A DNA stretch of 64,000 nt from Candidatus Poribacteria bacterium (GCA_965197475.1 CBDANF010000003.1:1280001-1344000), one strand, 5' to 3'. Shown: positions 50,693 to 61,061, numbered from the stretch's first letter. The notes: generated by a model not told the origin, from the letters alone. Translations and numbers: made by a program.

Positions 50693-51574
50693 TCACCTCA
50701 TACTTTCATTAACAAATTTCCAGAATATGCTATCCACATTCCGGTAGTTATATTTATAGCAAGCCTCAGCCACATATAGCGGGATATACCCAGTAGAGTA
50801 GTGGTGATGCTGTCCATACCATGCGCGTTTCAACAACGCCCAAAAACCTTCAATAGTGTTCGTGTGGGTATCCCCATCAGCGAACTGTTCTTTGTGATTG
50901 ATAACCCGATGTTTTATCTGCTTTCCGATCTCATTGTAAGCAGCATATTCATCGGTTATCAGTTCGGATTCATCTATTTTGACAGCATCCCGAATAAACG
51001 CCAGGATACCCCTTCCCGTTAAATCATCAGCAAGTTTAGCTACTACCTTACCTCCACGCTCAACTGCGCCAAGAATAGCGGATTTTGATGTTCCCCTTCC
51101 TCTTTTGGCGGGTTCATCGTCCTCGCGCTTGTTCTTTTTCCGAGGTTTGCCTCCTATATAAGTCTCATCTGCCTCAATAATACCCTTCAGCAGAGTTTGA
51201 CCTTTAGTAGCCATTTCAGCACGAATGCGTTGCATCATAAACCAAGCCGTCTTCTGATTCAGGTCTAAATCACGACTCAACTGATAACTGGACAAGCTCT
51301 TCTTTGCGTTTCCCATTAGTGAAATAGCCAGAAACCACTTTTGAAGTGCGATCTTAGCCCCGTGAAACACTGTGCCTTGAGTAACCTTGAAGGTTGCCTT
51401 ACAACCATTACAATTCCAACGACCAATCCGACCAGTTGCCGTCTCATTACGCCTGAAAACATCGGTAATCCCACAATGTGAGCAATGAGGCTTACCTTTC
51501 CATCGTATCTTCTCAAGATACTCAATACAGGATGACTGGTCTGGGAATCTCTCCATAACCTTGATTAAATCCAT
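50693..51574 (-). CDS. IS1595 family (ISXO2-like) DDE transposase
   Basis: Zn ribbon CSHC...CNGC, EADETYIGG, ITDE, HTNTIEGFW; RBS aggag before ATG at 51574. Confidence 0.93.
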   Translation of the reverse strand: MDLIKVMERFPDQSSCIEYLEKIRWKGKPHCSHCGITDVFRRNETATGRIGRWNCNGCKATFKVTQGTVFHGAKIALQKWFLAISLMGNAKKSLSSYQLSRDLDLNQKTAWFMMQRIRAEMATKGQTLLKGIIEADETYIGGKPRKKNKREDDEPAKRGRGTSKSAILGAVERGGKVVAKLADDLTGRGILAFIRDAVKIDESELITDEYAAYNEIGKQIKHRVINHKEQFADGDTHTNTIEGFWALLKRAWYGQHHHYSTGYIPLYVAEACYKYNYRNVDSIFWKFVNESMR

Positions 51575-51597
51575 CAGAATACTCCTATATGTCAAAA

Positions 51598-51754
51598 GGA
51601 GTTGCTTTATTCTGAAAGATTGTGCTATACTATCTTAATATGATATAGATAAGATAGAACTTAGAAAAAGCAACTCCGCTTTTTCGGTTCAATAGGGGGT
51701 GTCCGCCCCCTATTTTCTTGCCTATATTATACCATTTCTTACCATTTAAATCAA
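51598..51754 (-). promoter_or_regulatory. transposase promoter and hairpin leader with opposing promoter-like motif
   Basis: - strand TTGATT-17-TATAAT (51754-51726); stems ggagttgcttt/aaagcaactcc and aataggggg/ccccctatt; + strand TTGCTT-18-TATACT. Confidence 0.5.
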
Positions 51755-51829
51755 GGAAAAAGTCAATAACCATCTACATTTACAGCACTTTTCTACTTTT
51801 TCTTGATTAACTTCCTTTTTAATGCTTTA

Positions 51830-51880
51830 ATTGTTAAGCGATTGTTAAGCGATTGTTAATCGATTGTTAAGCGATTGTTA
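51830..51880. repeat. 11-bp tandem repeat attgttaagcg, about 4.6 copies
   Basis: Read directly; one unit is attgttaatcg. Confidence 0.9.
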
Positions 51881-52160
51881 GACCACCTCTTTTAACTCAA
51901 ATAAAAGGAGGTGATAGTTATGTATAACCAAAATAATCAGTTCCTGCTCAACGAAATAAAAGCAGGATAAAACGTGATAGAATCGCGTTTAATTATGATG
52001 ATTATTGAAAATTATCTACTTAAGATTAAACACAATCTATAACCAATTCCCATCAAAAGAAATGGTCTAACAATTATCTTCCTCGTCAGGAAGCCCTTAC
52101 GATGTCAGTCTATGTCTGATTTTATGCTGTTTTTCTTATGTCCAAAACTACTTATTCCGT

Positions 52161-53510
52161 AATATATTACCGCGAGTTCCAGAGTTGCAAGCCGTGTTTG
52201 AGGATCCTGCGGTTCGCGGTGCATTTACCAGTATTTTAGGGCAGAATTACGTGATGCATTCACATCGGCATCCGCATCAGAATGCACCACACAGCGGGGG
52301 GCAAGGGTTTCATAAGGATAGCTATTGGGGACATGAGAAAGTTCGGCATCACCGTCCTCGTTGGGCGATGGCGTTCTACTATCCGCAGGATACACCTGTT
52401 GAAATCGGTCCCTCAGCAATCTTATCGGGAACGCAATACTACAGTAACAGGATTACTGAGAACAACGATGGTGAAGTTGCACTTAGTGGTGAAGCGGGGA
52501 CGGTCTCACTTATCCACTTTGACCTGTGGCATCGTGCGATGGCAAACCAGACCGATAAGACTCGCTACATGATGAAGTTTCAGTTTATCCGCATGGATGA
52601 ACCACAAGAACCGGAATGGAACGTGGCTGATCCAACGTGGAACGTAGATGGACTTGACGAGAATGGCAACTCTGCTGCCAAAAGACATCAAACGACATGG
52701 CGACACGTTTGGAATTGGATGACTGGCGGATCGAACGGACATGCATCCAAGCAAGCCAACGGCAACTTGACAACGCACATTGAAGCGTTGAGCGATGCGG
52801 ATCCATCTGTACGTTCTGACGCTGTTGATGAATTAGGGTTGTTAGGTGAATCCGCTGCTGATGTTATTCCGATGTTGAGCCAAGCTTTACATGACGACTA
52901 TGAACCCGTCAGGCTCAATACTGCCTATGCATTGGGTGCAATTGGCGAACCTGCTGTGCCGACATTGATTGAAAAACTATCTGATGAAAATGGTACGGCG
53001 CGACGAATGGCTTCGTATGGATTAGCAGCAGTCGGCGCGCCTGCTGTGCCGGCACTTTGTGAGGTATTAGCACATGAAAATGATGAGGTGCGACATCAAG
53101 CGACTTACGCTTTAGCACAGATAGGACGCGCGGCGGAGCCTGCAGTTGATGCTTTGATAGATCGTTCTAAAGATAGCAAAGTTGAAGTCCGCCGATATAT
53201 TCCAGAAGTCCTCGGAGGAATTGGGGCATCTGCAGCACCAGCGGTGCCGGTGTTAACCGATATGTTGGCAAACGATGAGGATGTCCAAGTACGTTTTGAG
53301 TCAGCATTAGCGTTAGGGCAGATTGGTCCTGCTTCAAGCGATGCAATTCCTATATTGAAGGACTCGCTCTCGGATAGTAATCGCTACGTTAGAGACAACT
53401 CTATCCATGCGCTGAAACGGATCGGCACTCCTGAAGCGGAATCAGCACTCTTCGATTATTTGTTGATGGCGCGATGGTGTGCCATTACCAACAGCGAAAG
53501 CACATTCTAA
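52161..53510 (+). pseudogene. PhyH + HEAT repeat protein, N-terminus truncated by the IS
   Basis: Frame begins NILPRVPELQAVFED right after the TIR; FHKD, HFDLWHRA, PBS-HEAT repeats. Confidence 0.75.
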
Positions 53511-53607
53511 ATTAGTAGAGTTTACAGATTTTAAAACTATTGTAGGCGTTCTTTGTAAGCGCGCCTACAATGTGTAAGGTATTATTCCACTTTAGGAGGA
53601 AGATTTT

Positions 53608-54264
53608 ATGAACATCTTGGAACACGCAGAGGAACTAATCAACGAAATTCAAAATCGGTTGGAGGAAAACGAAAGAGCCGCTGAAGAATCGGTCAAGAGA
53701 ATTCACAATCAATTAGAGGAACATAGAAACGCTGCGGAAGAACAAATTGAGAGAATTCACAATCAGATTCACCAAGAAGCGGAATCCGATGAAGAACAGA
53801 TCCGAAAGTTGCATGATGGCTTGGAAGAACATCGCAGATGTGTTCAAGAACAGCTTCAAAAGCTTCAAGAAGAGTCGGAAGAATATGATCGTAACATTGA
53901 GGAACAGGTTGAAAGTATTCACGAGCAGATCGACCAAGCCAGAGAAAACGCCGAAGAGCAGATTGAAAGAATCCGCGAGCAGATCGAACAAAACGAGGAA
54001 GCGGCGGAAGAACAAATTGAAAGAATTCGGGAAAAAGCGGAGGAATACCGAGACAATTCGGATGAACGGGTTGAAAGAATTCGGAAACGGATTGAAGAAC
54101 TCAGAGATGCTGCTGAGAACCATTCGGAAAGAATTCATGTTGAAACCCATACATCAGTTGAACAACCCACCGAACCCAACAGAGTGCAATCACTGATAAG
54201 ACGTTTTGACGCGCAGTACAAGGATGGCACGCTGCTACCACGATTAGCCAAACTTATGTTATGA
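53608..54264 (+). CDS. charged helical repeat protein (18-aa period)
   Basis: RBS aggagg; recurring EEQIERI motif. Confidence 0.75.
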   Translation: MNILEHAEELINEIQNRLEENERAAEESVKRIHNQLEEHRNAAEEQIERIHNQIHQEAESDEEQIRKLHDGLEEHRRCVQEQLQKLQEESEEYDRNIEEQVESIHEQIDQARENAEEQIERIREQIEQNEEAAEEQIERIREKAEEYRDNSDERVERIRKRIEELRDAAENHSERIHVETHTSVEQPTEPNRVQSLIRRFDAQYKDGTLLPRLAKLML

Positions 54265-54557
54265 ACGGTGTTGAAGTATTGAAATATAGTGGGAAGTTAC
54301 TGCCATTAAACGAAATGGATGAACGTTATCCACGTAGTGAGTGGCTTCAAACACTTCTTGATAAAAACATCACTATTGAAAACCTACATGATTATTGTCG
54401 TTATCTGAACGCACGCGATATGTTGGTGTGGATACAAAAGAAACCTGACGTTTGGACATCTGGTCTTTTCGATATTCCTCCCACAGAGAATTGGGAAACC
54501 TACCAAGAAGCGTATATTAATCAATTGACAAATCCGAACAAGGCACCACATGCCTAA
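54261..54557 (+). CDS. hypothetical protein, possibly the frameshifted C-terminus of the 53608 ORF
   Basis: MDERYPRSEWLQTLLDK; ATGA overlap; frame open from 54210. Confidence 0.55.
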   Translation: MNGVEVLKYSGKLLPLNEMDERYPRSEWLQTLLDKNITIENLHDYCRYLNARDMLVWIQKKPDVWTSGLFDIPPTENWETYQEAYINQLTNPNKAPHA

Positions 54558-54623
54558 CTTTTGACAGTGATTCACATCGCACTTATTGAAAGGAACGAAT
54601 CAAGAGGTAAATTCACCTCATTG

Positions 54624-55667
54624 TTAATCAGTTTTTTGTGCCTTGACTCTCCCCCAAGTTGTCACCAGAGAATCCGCGGGTTCAACAGGATAGGTTTGAC
54701 CTACCCAACCGAGAAATTCCACAGTTCGCTTCATTGTTATTAAAATGGGTTCAGGTTCACCACCGGATGCTGGAATCACGAAGTTTCCAATAGAACGGAA
54801 TAGTTCAAGGCTATTAATGAGGTCTGGATGTAAATAGGATTTATAGGCAATATACTGTCCATCAGGAGACCATGACTGGACATAATAACTATAATTCTCT
54901 TTGACGTGTAAAATCTCAATTTCTGAATCTGGTTGCACAGGTGCTATTGCTATCCCTGTTCCCCACCGTTCTCCATCTTTATTTACATCAGTACTGAAAG
55001 CAATGTACTGGCTGTCTGGCGAAAAAAATGCAAAGTTATAGCGTGCTTTGTGCGTAATTCGGAAGACATTTTTTGACTTAACATTTAAAATAAATAAACC
55101 TCTATTTGATACATAAGCTATGTGCTTTCCATCTGGTGCCCATTGTATATATTCAACCAGTCTCACAGCAATATCTAAAATAAGTTCAACTTTGGGTTTA
55201 CGTTTTGTGACTTCCTCATTTTTTACAAGTTGGAACCCATTTCGTGTTAAAAAAATGACATCTCCTTTTTCCGAGATGTCAGCATAAAATATACTACCAT
55301 ATTCCCCTTGTGTAATGTTTATTGCGCCTCTCTCAGGATGTCTTCTGTCCAAAATATAAACATCATCGTTTCCGGTGATTCTTTGGATATTGTTAGCAAT
55401 CTGTTCGCGCTTGATATTATCGTAAGCAGCAACAACGACATATTCTCCATCTCTTTGGAACTCAATTGATTTGATTTCATAAAATGTCTTGCGGAAGAGT
55501 TTGCGCGCTGTTGTGCCTTCCGTGTTGGAAATCCATATTTCCTCCTCGGTTAATGGATGGACAAAGATTATTTCTCCTGTGGGAGCAGCATTCACAGGTG
55601 TTAATACAAAAAACAAACTGATATAGAAAAAACACAAACGTCCGCAAGTTTGAATTAAATTATTCAT
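54624..55667 (-). CDS. exported TolB-like beta-propeller protein with TTWG tail
   Basis: WAPDGKHIAY, WSPDGQYIAY; YPVEPADSLVTTWGRVK. Confidence 0.8.
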   Translation of the reverse strand: MNNLIQTCGRLCFFYISLFFVLTPVNAAPTGEIIFVHPLTEEEIWISNTEGTTARKLFRKTFYEIKSIEFQRDGEYVVVAAYDNIKREQIANNIQRITGNDDVYILDRRHPERGAINITQGEYGSIFYADISEKGDVIFLTRNGFQLVKNEEVTKRKPKVELILDIAVRLVEYIQWAPDGKHIAYVSNRGLFILNVKSKNVFRITHKARYNFAFFSPDSQYIAFSTDVNKDGERWGTGIAIAPVQPDSEIEILHVKENYSYYVQSWSPDGQYIAYKSYLHPDLINSLELFRSIGNFVIPASGGEPEPILITMKRTVEFLGWVGQTYPVEPADSLVTTWGRVKAQKTD

Positions 55668-56679
55668 TTTTACCTCCGTTTCCTGTTTCGCGTTTTAATT
55701 GTCCCCAGGTGGTAGCAAGTTTGGATTCGGGTTCAACTGGATAAGATTTCTGTGTCCATTCCAATGTAAAAGCACCCCCGTCAATGCTTTTTAATATTTG
55801 AACAGCTCGTTTATTTACTATTGATACAACGAAATTTGTATATTCCGTAATTGGAAACCATAATACAAACCCTTTGATTTCAATTAGTACGTAGGCAATT
55901 GACTTTCCGTCTGGTGTCCAAGTGAGATAATAGCAAAAAAGGGGGGCTTTTATCCTCTTAAGTATCTTCACATCTTGAGGATTATCAATTGGGAAAAAAC
56001 CAATTTCGCTAAATCCTTGTCGGTTATTTCCCGAAGTAGAGACGATAAAAGCTAACTTACTTCCATCTGGTGAAAAGACAGGACGATACCCATAATCTAA
56101 TAGTTGTGTGACTTCTTTTGTAAATACATCCAGGAGGAATATACCCTCGTTATTTGAAAAAGCAACTTCTCTTCCATTAGGTGCCCAGTCTACATAATTA
56201 GCAGGTCCATCATACAATTTTTCTGCATGTGGGAATATCTCATGTATCTCGTCATTTGGTATAAGATAGATACCATCAGGAAATTTGTTAAGGATTTTGT
56301 TTGCAAACACCACATCCCCATTAGATGAAATGGCAGCATCTGAAACAATACTATACCTGCCATAAGTTAAATCCTTGCGCCCTTTTTTCCAATTATTGCT
56401 GTCAAATAGATATACATCAACACCACCTTCGATTCCGCGCCCTCTACCAACACACAAGATGTATCGGTCACCTTCCTGAATTGAAAATCTATTAACAATT
56501 AAAGGTGGATTAAATAGACGACGTGCATTGTTTCCATCAATATTGCTCTGCCATATCCCTTGTTGCTTCGGTTGAAAAATTATTTCATCGGCACCAATAG
56601 CATTTACTATGAAAATACTACACAGAAGAAAAATACAGAAACACAACATTTTCCGGTAATTATCAAAAAAATGTGTCAT
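55660..56679 (-). CDS. exported TolB-like beta-propeller protein with TTWG tail
   Basis: WAPNGREVAF, FSPDGSKLAF, WTPDGKSIAY; YPVEPESKLATTWGQLK. Confidence 0.8.
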   Translation of the reverse strand: MTHFFDNYRKMLCFCIFLLCSIFIVNAIGADEIIFQPKQQGIWQSNIDGNNARRLFNPPLIVNRFSIQEGDRYILCVGRGRGIEGGVDVYLFDSNNWKKGRKDLTYGRYSIVSDAAISSNGDVVFANKILNKFPDGIYLIPNDEIHEIFPHAEKLYDGPANYVDWAPNGREVAFSNNEGIFLLDVFTKEVTQLLDYGYRPVFSPDGSKLAFIVSTSGNNRQGFSEIGFFPIDNPQDVKILKRIKAPLFCYYLTWTPDGKSIAYVLIEIKGFVLWFPITEYTNFVVSIVNKRAVQILKSIDGGAFTLEWTQKSYPVEPESKLATTWGQLKRETGNGGKNE

Positions 56680-56998
56680 AGCGTATCTCCACTTTCAGGG
56701 TTGTGTACAAAAACAAGAGATTCTGTTATCATAATTCGTAGGAGTTTGGGAAAGCTTGATTTCGTATCTAATCAATAACATTCTGATGAACAGAATAACA
56801 TTTCTCACAATCAAAATCAACAAAATTCCCAATCAAAGTCATTCTCGGTAAAAATCATGTTTTCCATGAAATACATCATGAAATTTATCTTGCAAGTGTA
56901 ACAGATATATAGCATAATTAATGCAACCTAACAATGAACATATATTTTGATGAATACACCCCAAGTGTGAACCTGCAGACCGTTCAAAAGGGTAGGGA

Positions 56999-57760
56999 AT
57001 GATGGTTAACCGCAAAGACATCCAAGCCACATGTGATGATATTGTACGTGAGTTTGCACCACTGCAAGTTATTCTATTTGGTTCTTATGCGTATGGCACG
57101 CCCTCGGAATATTCGGATGTTGATCTGTTAGTCGTGATGCCGGTAGCGAAATCTGAAGCACGCCGTCAAGAATTAGAGATTCAAAAACGCATCCCACGCA
57201 GATTCAGTATGGACCTCCTCGTGCGTTCACCAGAAGAGATCGCTTACCGTATTTCACACAACGATTGGTTTCTTCGCGAAGTCACTGAAAAAGGAGAAGT
57301 GCTTTATGAATCTAAAGATTTTTATGTTAAACCTCATAAAAAAGAGAATACTGAAATGAATCCTATTACATTGGAGTGGATTGAAATAGCCGAAGGCGAT
57401 TACGATGCTGCAATGCAAATTCAGCAAGGACCGAATCCGATATATCGTATCATCTGCTTTCATGCTCAGCAATGTGCAGAAAAATATCTAAAGGCATGGC
57501 TTCAAGAGGCGAATATCCCTGCTCCAAGGACACACAATTTAGTAGAATTATTGAGCCTGATTCTACCTTCACAACCTTCTTGGAACTCTTGGCAAGCTGA
57601 TCTTGCAGAATTATCGAAACATGCTGTGGATACACGTTATTTAGGACAATTGCCAACTGCTGCTGATGCTGAAAAAGCAATACAAATCTGTGAAATGGTG
57701 CGCCAAGCAGTTCGCGCACAGTTGAAACTACCTATTGAAGAGAATGAGAATAAACTCTAA
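56999..57760 (+). CDS. fused MNT nucleotidyltransferase-HEPN protein
   Basis: LFGSYAYG...SDVDLLVV then CFHAQQCAEKYLKA, RTHNL, DTRY. Confidence 0.85.
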   Translation: MMVNRKDIQATCDDIVREFAPLQVILFGSYAYGTPSEYSDVDLLVVMPVAKSEARRQELEIQKRIPRRFSMDLLVRSPEEIAYRISHNDWFLREVTEKGEVLYESKDFYVKPHKKENTEMNPITLEWIEIAEGDYDAAMQIQQGPNPIYRIICFHAQQCAEKYLKAWLQEANIPAPRTHNLVELLSLILPSQPSWNSWQADLAELSKHAVDTRYLGQLPTAADAEKAIQICEMVRQAVRAQLKLPIEENENKL

Positions 57761-58911
57761 TGAATTATGATCTGATTGTCAAAAACGGAACTCTGGTTGA
57801 TCCTGCGCAAGATATCCATGCCCAAAAAGATATTGCGTTCGCGAATGGTTGTGTTTCAACTGTCAGTAATGATATCCCTTCGTCTGCAGCACGAGATGTT
57901 GTGAACGCTGATGGTTGTTATGTCACACCGGGTTTAATTGATTTGCACGTGCATGTCTTCTACGGCGTTAGCCATTTCGGTATTGAACCTGATTCGACCT
58001 GTTTAGCACGTGGCGCGACGACAGTTGTTGATGCTGGGTCAGCAGGCGCAGACACTTTTCCTGGATTTCGGAAATACGTTATAGACGTAAGCGACACCCG
58101 AATCCTTGCCCAATTGAACATTTCTTCACAAGGCATGCTGACACGGGAAATTGGAGAATTAGAAAATCCGGACTATGCCGATCTTGATAAAGCATGCCGA
58201 ATGATAGAGCAGCATCGTGATATAATCCTTGGTGTCAAGGTGAGATTGACCCGCGAATCTATCGTCGGGGAACGTGCAGGTATGCAACCGTTGTATAAAG
58301 CACGTGAGGCTGCCGATGCTGCTGGACTTCCGATGATGGTCCACCCGCAAGACGCATGGTGTCAGTCCATAGATGACATATTAGCGGTAATGGGTAAGCG
58401 CGATATCCTTACGCACTGCTTCCACGATATGGCATGCGGCATTTTAGATGAAAATGGGAGAGTTCGCGATTCCGTGCACGCTGCGATTGAACGTGATGTT
58501 ATCTTTGACGTTGGGCACGGTGCTGGATCCTTCAGTTGGGATGTCGTTGAAAAAGCGATGGAACAGGGTGTTGAACCGACAACGATCTCATCGGACTTGC
58601 ATGTCTATAATATCAACGGTCCGGTTTACGATCTGGTAAATGTCGTGAATAAATTTCTTTATCTCGGCATGTCTCTTGACGATGCGTTGGCAAAAGTAAC
58701 CAGTGTCCCCGCAGACACGATATTAATGCTTGGGCAAGTTGGAACTTTGGCAGCAGGGGCGTGGGGAGATGCCGTTATATTTGAGATGCGCGAGGGTGAA
58801 TTCCAATTGGTTGATGCCTGCGGTAAGGTTAAAGTCTGTAGACAAAAACTTGAACCTATCGTTGTTATAAAAGGAGGAAAGGTATATCGGCAGAAGCATA
58901 CGCATAACTAA
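57760..58911 (+). CDS. amidohydrolase/deacetylase family metallohydrolase (dihydroorotase-like)
   Basis: PGLIDLHVH, VDAGSAG, GVKVR, LTHCF, DVGHG.GSF, ISSDLH. Confidence 0.88.
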   Translation: MNYDLIVKNGTLVDPAQDIHAQKDIAFANGCVSTVSNDIPSSAARDVVNADGCYVTPGLIDLHVHVFYGVSHFGIEPDSTCLARGATTVVDAGSAGADTFPGFRKYVIDVSDTRILAQLNISSQGMLTREIGELENPDYADLDKACRMIEQHRDIILGVKVRLTRESIVGERAGMQPLYKAREAADAAGLPMMVHPQDAWCQSIDDILAVMGKRDILTHCFHDMACGILDENGRVRDSVHAAIERDVIFDVGHGAGSFSWDVVEKAMEQGVEPTTISSDLHVYNINGPVYDLVNVVNKFLYLGMSLDDALAKVTSVPADTILMLGQVGTLAAGAWGDAVIFEMREGEFQLVDACGKVKVCRQKLEPIVVIKGGKVYRQKHTHN

Positions 58912-58982
58912 GGATTTATTCAGAACAATACACATTCATTTTCTGTCGAAAAACCGAAATTAGTTGAATAGGAGGGTGAATC

Positions 58983-60857
58983 ATGAAATCCCAAGACATT
59001 GTTGAACAACAGTATTATGAAGCTGTCGATTCGCTTGTTGAAAAGGTGCAGGAGGATCCGTATATTCTTGCCGCAATAGTTGCTGGCAGTTTCTCTTATG
59101 CACAGGTTTGGGAAAAATCGGATTTGGACGTTGAAATTATAGGAAAAGATGGCATTCGTCCGACACAATCGTTTTTCTCATTGGTAGAAAATGGTATCAA
59201 CATCCATGCGGGTTTGTCCCCTCGCAGTTCCTTTAAGCGGTCAATAGAGAGTGCGCAACAGGGTTCCTTCATGCATTCCTATTTTTCCCACAGCACGCTC
59301 CTATTTTCAAGAGATGATTCCATCAAAGAATGGTATGATAAGAACGCGAGTCGTGATAGCATCGGTGAACGTGATAAGCAGCTGCAAGTGCTGAACGTTA
59401 TTGCTGAGACCTTGCCAACGCTAATCTATGCCGAAAAGCAGTTTTACGTCAACAATGATGTCGTAACCTGTTTTCTGTCAATCCTGCACGTTGTGGAAGG
59501 CTTAGCACGGGTAGAGGTACTTTTAAACAATCAAATCCCCGCACGCGAAGTCATCCAACCGGCCCTCAACTACAATCCTGATTTCTTCACACATGTTTAT
59601 ACCGACCTGATTAACTGCGAAAAGAACGATGCCGTTATCCAAGAAGCAATATATGCTATTAATGCATATATTGATGAACGTCAGTTTGTTTTTCAACCGA
59701 TTCTGGATTATCTCGCAGAGCAGAAAGGCGCGCGGACAAACTCAGAGATGAACGCCTATTTCCATTCAAAATTCCGTGATGCTTCTGTTGATATGATATG
59801 CCAATGGTTAACATGGAAAGGTATCATCCAGCAGGTTTCTGCCCCAATGAAACTGACTGCCAAAAGCCAAATTGCAGTAGAAGAACCGGCGTACTATTAC
59901 GATAATTTGGATCCTGAAGTGCATGAACCGCGCCTGAAATCAGATATCCATCCCGATATTGAAGATGCGGTAAAAAGGTTCGCGGACACTATTGCAGAGG
60001 ATCGTTATATTGTTGCTGCAATTCTCACCAGTAATTTGGCAGAAGACAACGTGTGGGAGAAAACAAATGTTCACATTACGCTTATTATGAGAGATGGCAC
60101 GAAATTTCAACAAAGCGAGTGTCAATTAATAGAGGATGGAATACCGATCCGCGTAAGACTCCAAAACCGAAATGCATATAAAAAGTTGATGGAAAGGAAC
60201 TTACAAGGGAGCGGAATCTTTGCTATCATGTCCCAAAGTGAAATACTTTGGACTAAAGATCCGTCTCTTGCTGATTTACATAAAGACCTTGATGTTATCG
60301 GTGAACGTGATAAAGCATCTCAGCTATTTAATGCAGCAAGCATGGTCACTACCGTACTTGACAAAACAGAAAAGTGGTTCTATGTCAAGAAAGATTACAA
60401 TTATACGTTTCTTTATTTGACCTATGCTGTAAGAGAATTAGCGCGTCTTGAAACTATCAGGCATGGTGAAACGCCAAAACGTAAAGTGATTTACCAAGCA
60501 CTCAAGCATAATCCAGAGTTTTTTAATACTATCTTTACCGATATTATCGATGTCCCCAAAAATGAGGAAAACCTTGGCAAGGCGCTGCAACTGATTGATA
60601 CATATTTAGAAGATAACGCGCAGACGTTTTTTACACCGCTACTCGATTTTTTAGAGGATGCGGGAGGTGAACAATCACTGTCTGATATTTATGATCACTT
60701 CGGTCATCGCAAACTATGGATTAATATGGCGTGTGAATGGCTTGCGCGTAAGGAGATTTTGGAGCAATTTTCTTCACCTGTCCGACTTACTAAGGATAGT
60801 AAAGTTTCGATGGAAGAGCCTGCATATTATTACGATGTTGAAAATCCGTTTTTGTAA
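58983..60857 (+). CDS. internally duplicated nucleotidyltransferase-like protein
   Basis: Two colinear halves of about 310 aa, each ending EEPAYYYD; first half has GS...SDLD. Confidence 0.7.
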   Translation: MKSQDIVEQQYYEAVDSLVEKVQEDPYILAAIVAGSFSYAQVWEKSDLDVEIIGKDGIRPTQSFFSLVENGINIHAGLSPRSSFKRSIESAQQGSFMHSYFSHSTLLFSRDDSIKEWYDKNASRDSIGERDKQLQVLNVIAETLPTLIYAEKQFYVNNDVVTCFLSILHVVEGLARVEVLLNNQIPAREVIQPALNYNPDFFTHVYTDLINCEKNDAVIQEAIYAINAYIDERQFVFQPILDYLAEQKGARTNSEMNAYFHSKFRDASVDMICQWLTWKGIIQQVSAPMKLTAKSQIAVEEPAYYYDNLDPEVHEPRLKSDIHPDIEDAVKRFADTIAEDRYIVAAILTSNLAEDNVWEKTNVHITLIMRDGTKFQQSECQLIEDGIPIRVRLQNRNAYKKLMERNLQGSGIFAIMSQSEILWTKDPSLADLHKDLDVIGERDKASQLFNAASMVTTVLDKTEKWFYVKKDYNYTFLYLTYAVRELARLETIRHGETPKRKVIYQALKHNPEFFNTIFTDIIDVPKNEENLGKALQLIDTYLEDNAQTFFTPLLDFLEDAGGEQSLSDIYDHFGHRKLWINMACEWLARKEILEQFSSPVRLTKDSKVSMEEPAYYYDVENPFL

Positions 60858-60896
60858 GAAAAATTTCTATATTTTTTTAAGATTAAGGAGTTTAAA

Positions 60897-61019
60897 ATGA
60901 CTGAAATAGGCATTCATGAGGCGAAAACACATTTGTCAAATCTTCTCAAGCGTGTTGAGAATGGGGAAAGTTTTTCAATTACGAATAAAGGAAAGGTGGT
61001 CGCAGATGAGAATTGGTAA
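60897..61019 (+). pseudogene. truncated Phd/YefM antitoxin
   Basis: RBS aaggag; MTEIGIHEAKTHLSNLLKRVENGESFSITNKGKVVA then early stop; no toxin downstream. Confidence 0.75.
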
Positions 61020-61061
61020 AGTTAGAATAGATTGCGCGATTACAAACGACACTCTTCCCAC

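Larger units (their letters stand above)
49712..52159 (-). mobile_element. IS1595-family element with passenger genes
   Basis: 26-bp TIRs with 24/26 match (cggaataagtagtttcggacattaga / tcttatgtccaaaactacttattccg) enclosing the transposase; no matching target duplication. Confidence 0.85.

Noticed and set aside
51920-51970. Missing N-terminus of the PhyH-HEAT gene
   Set aside because: Lies inside the IS inverted repeats, so it is not contiguous host sequence; similarity too weak
53713-54196. Overlapping 145-149 aa alternative ORFs
   Set aside because: By-products of the low-complexity Glu/Arg-rich gene
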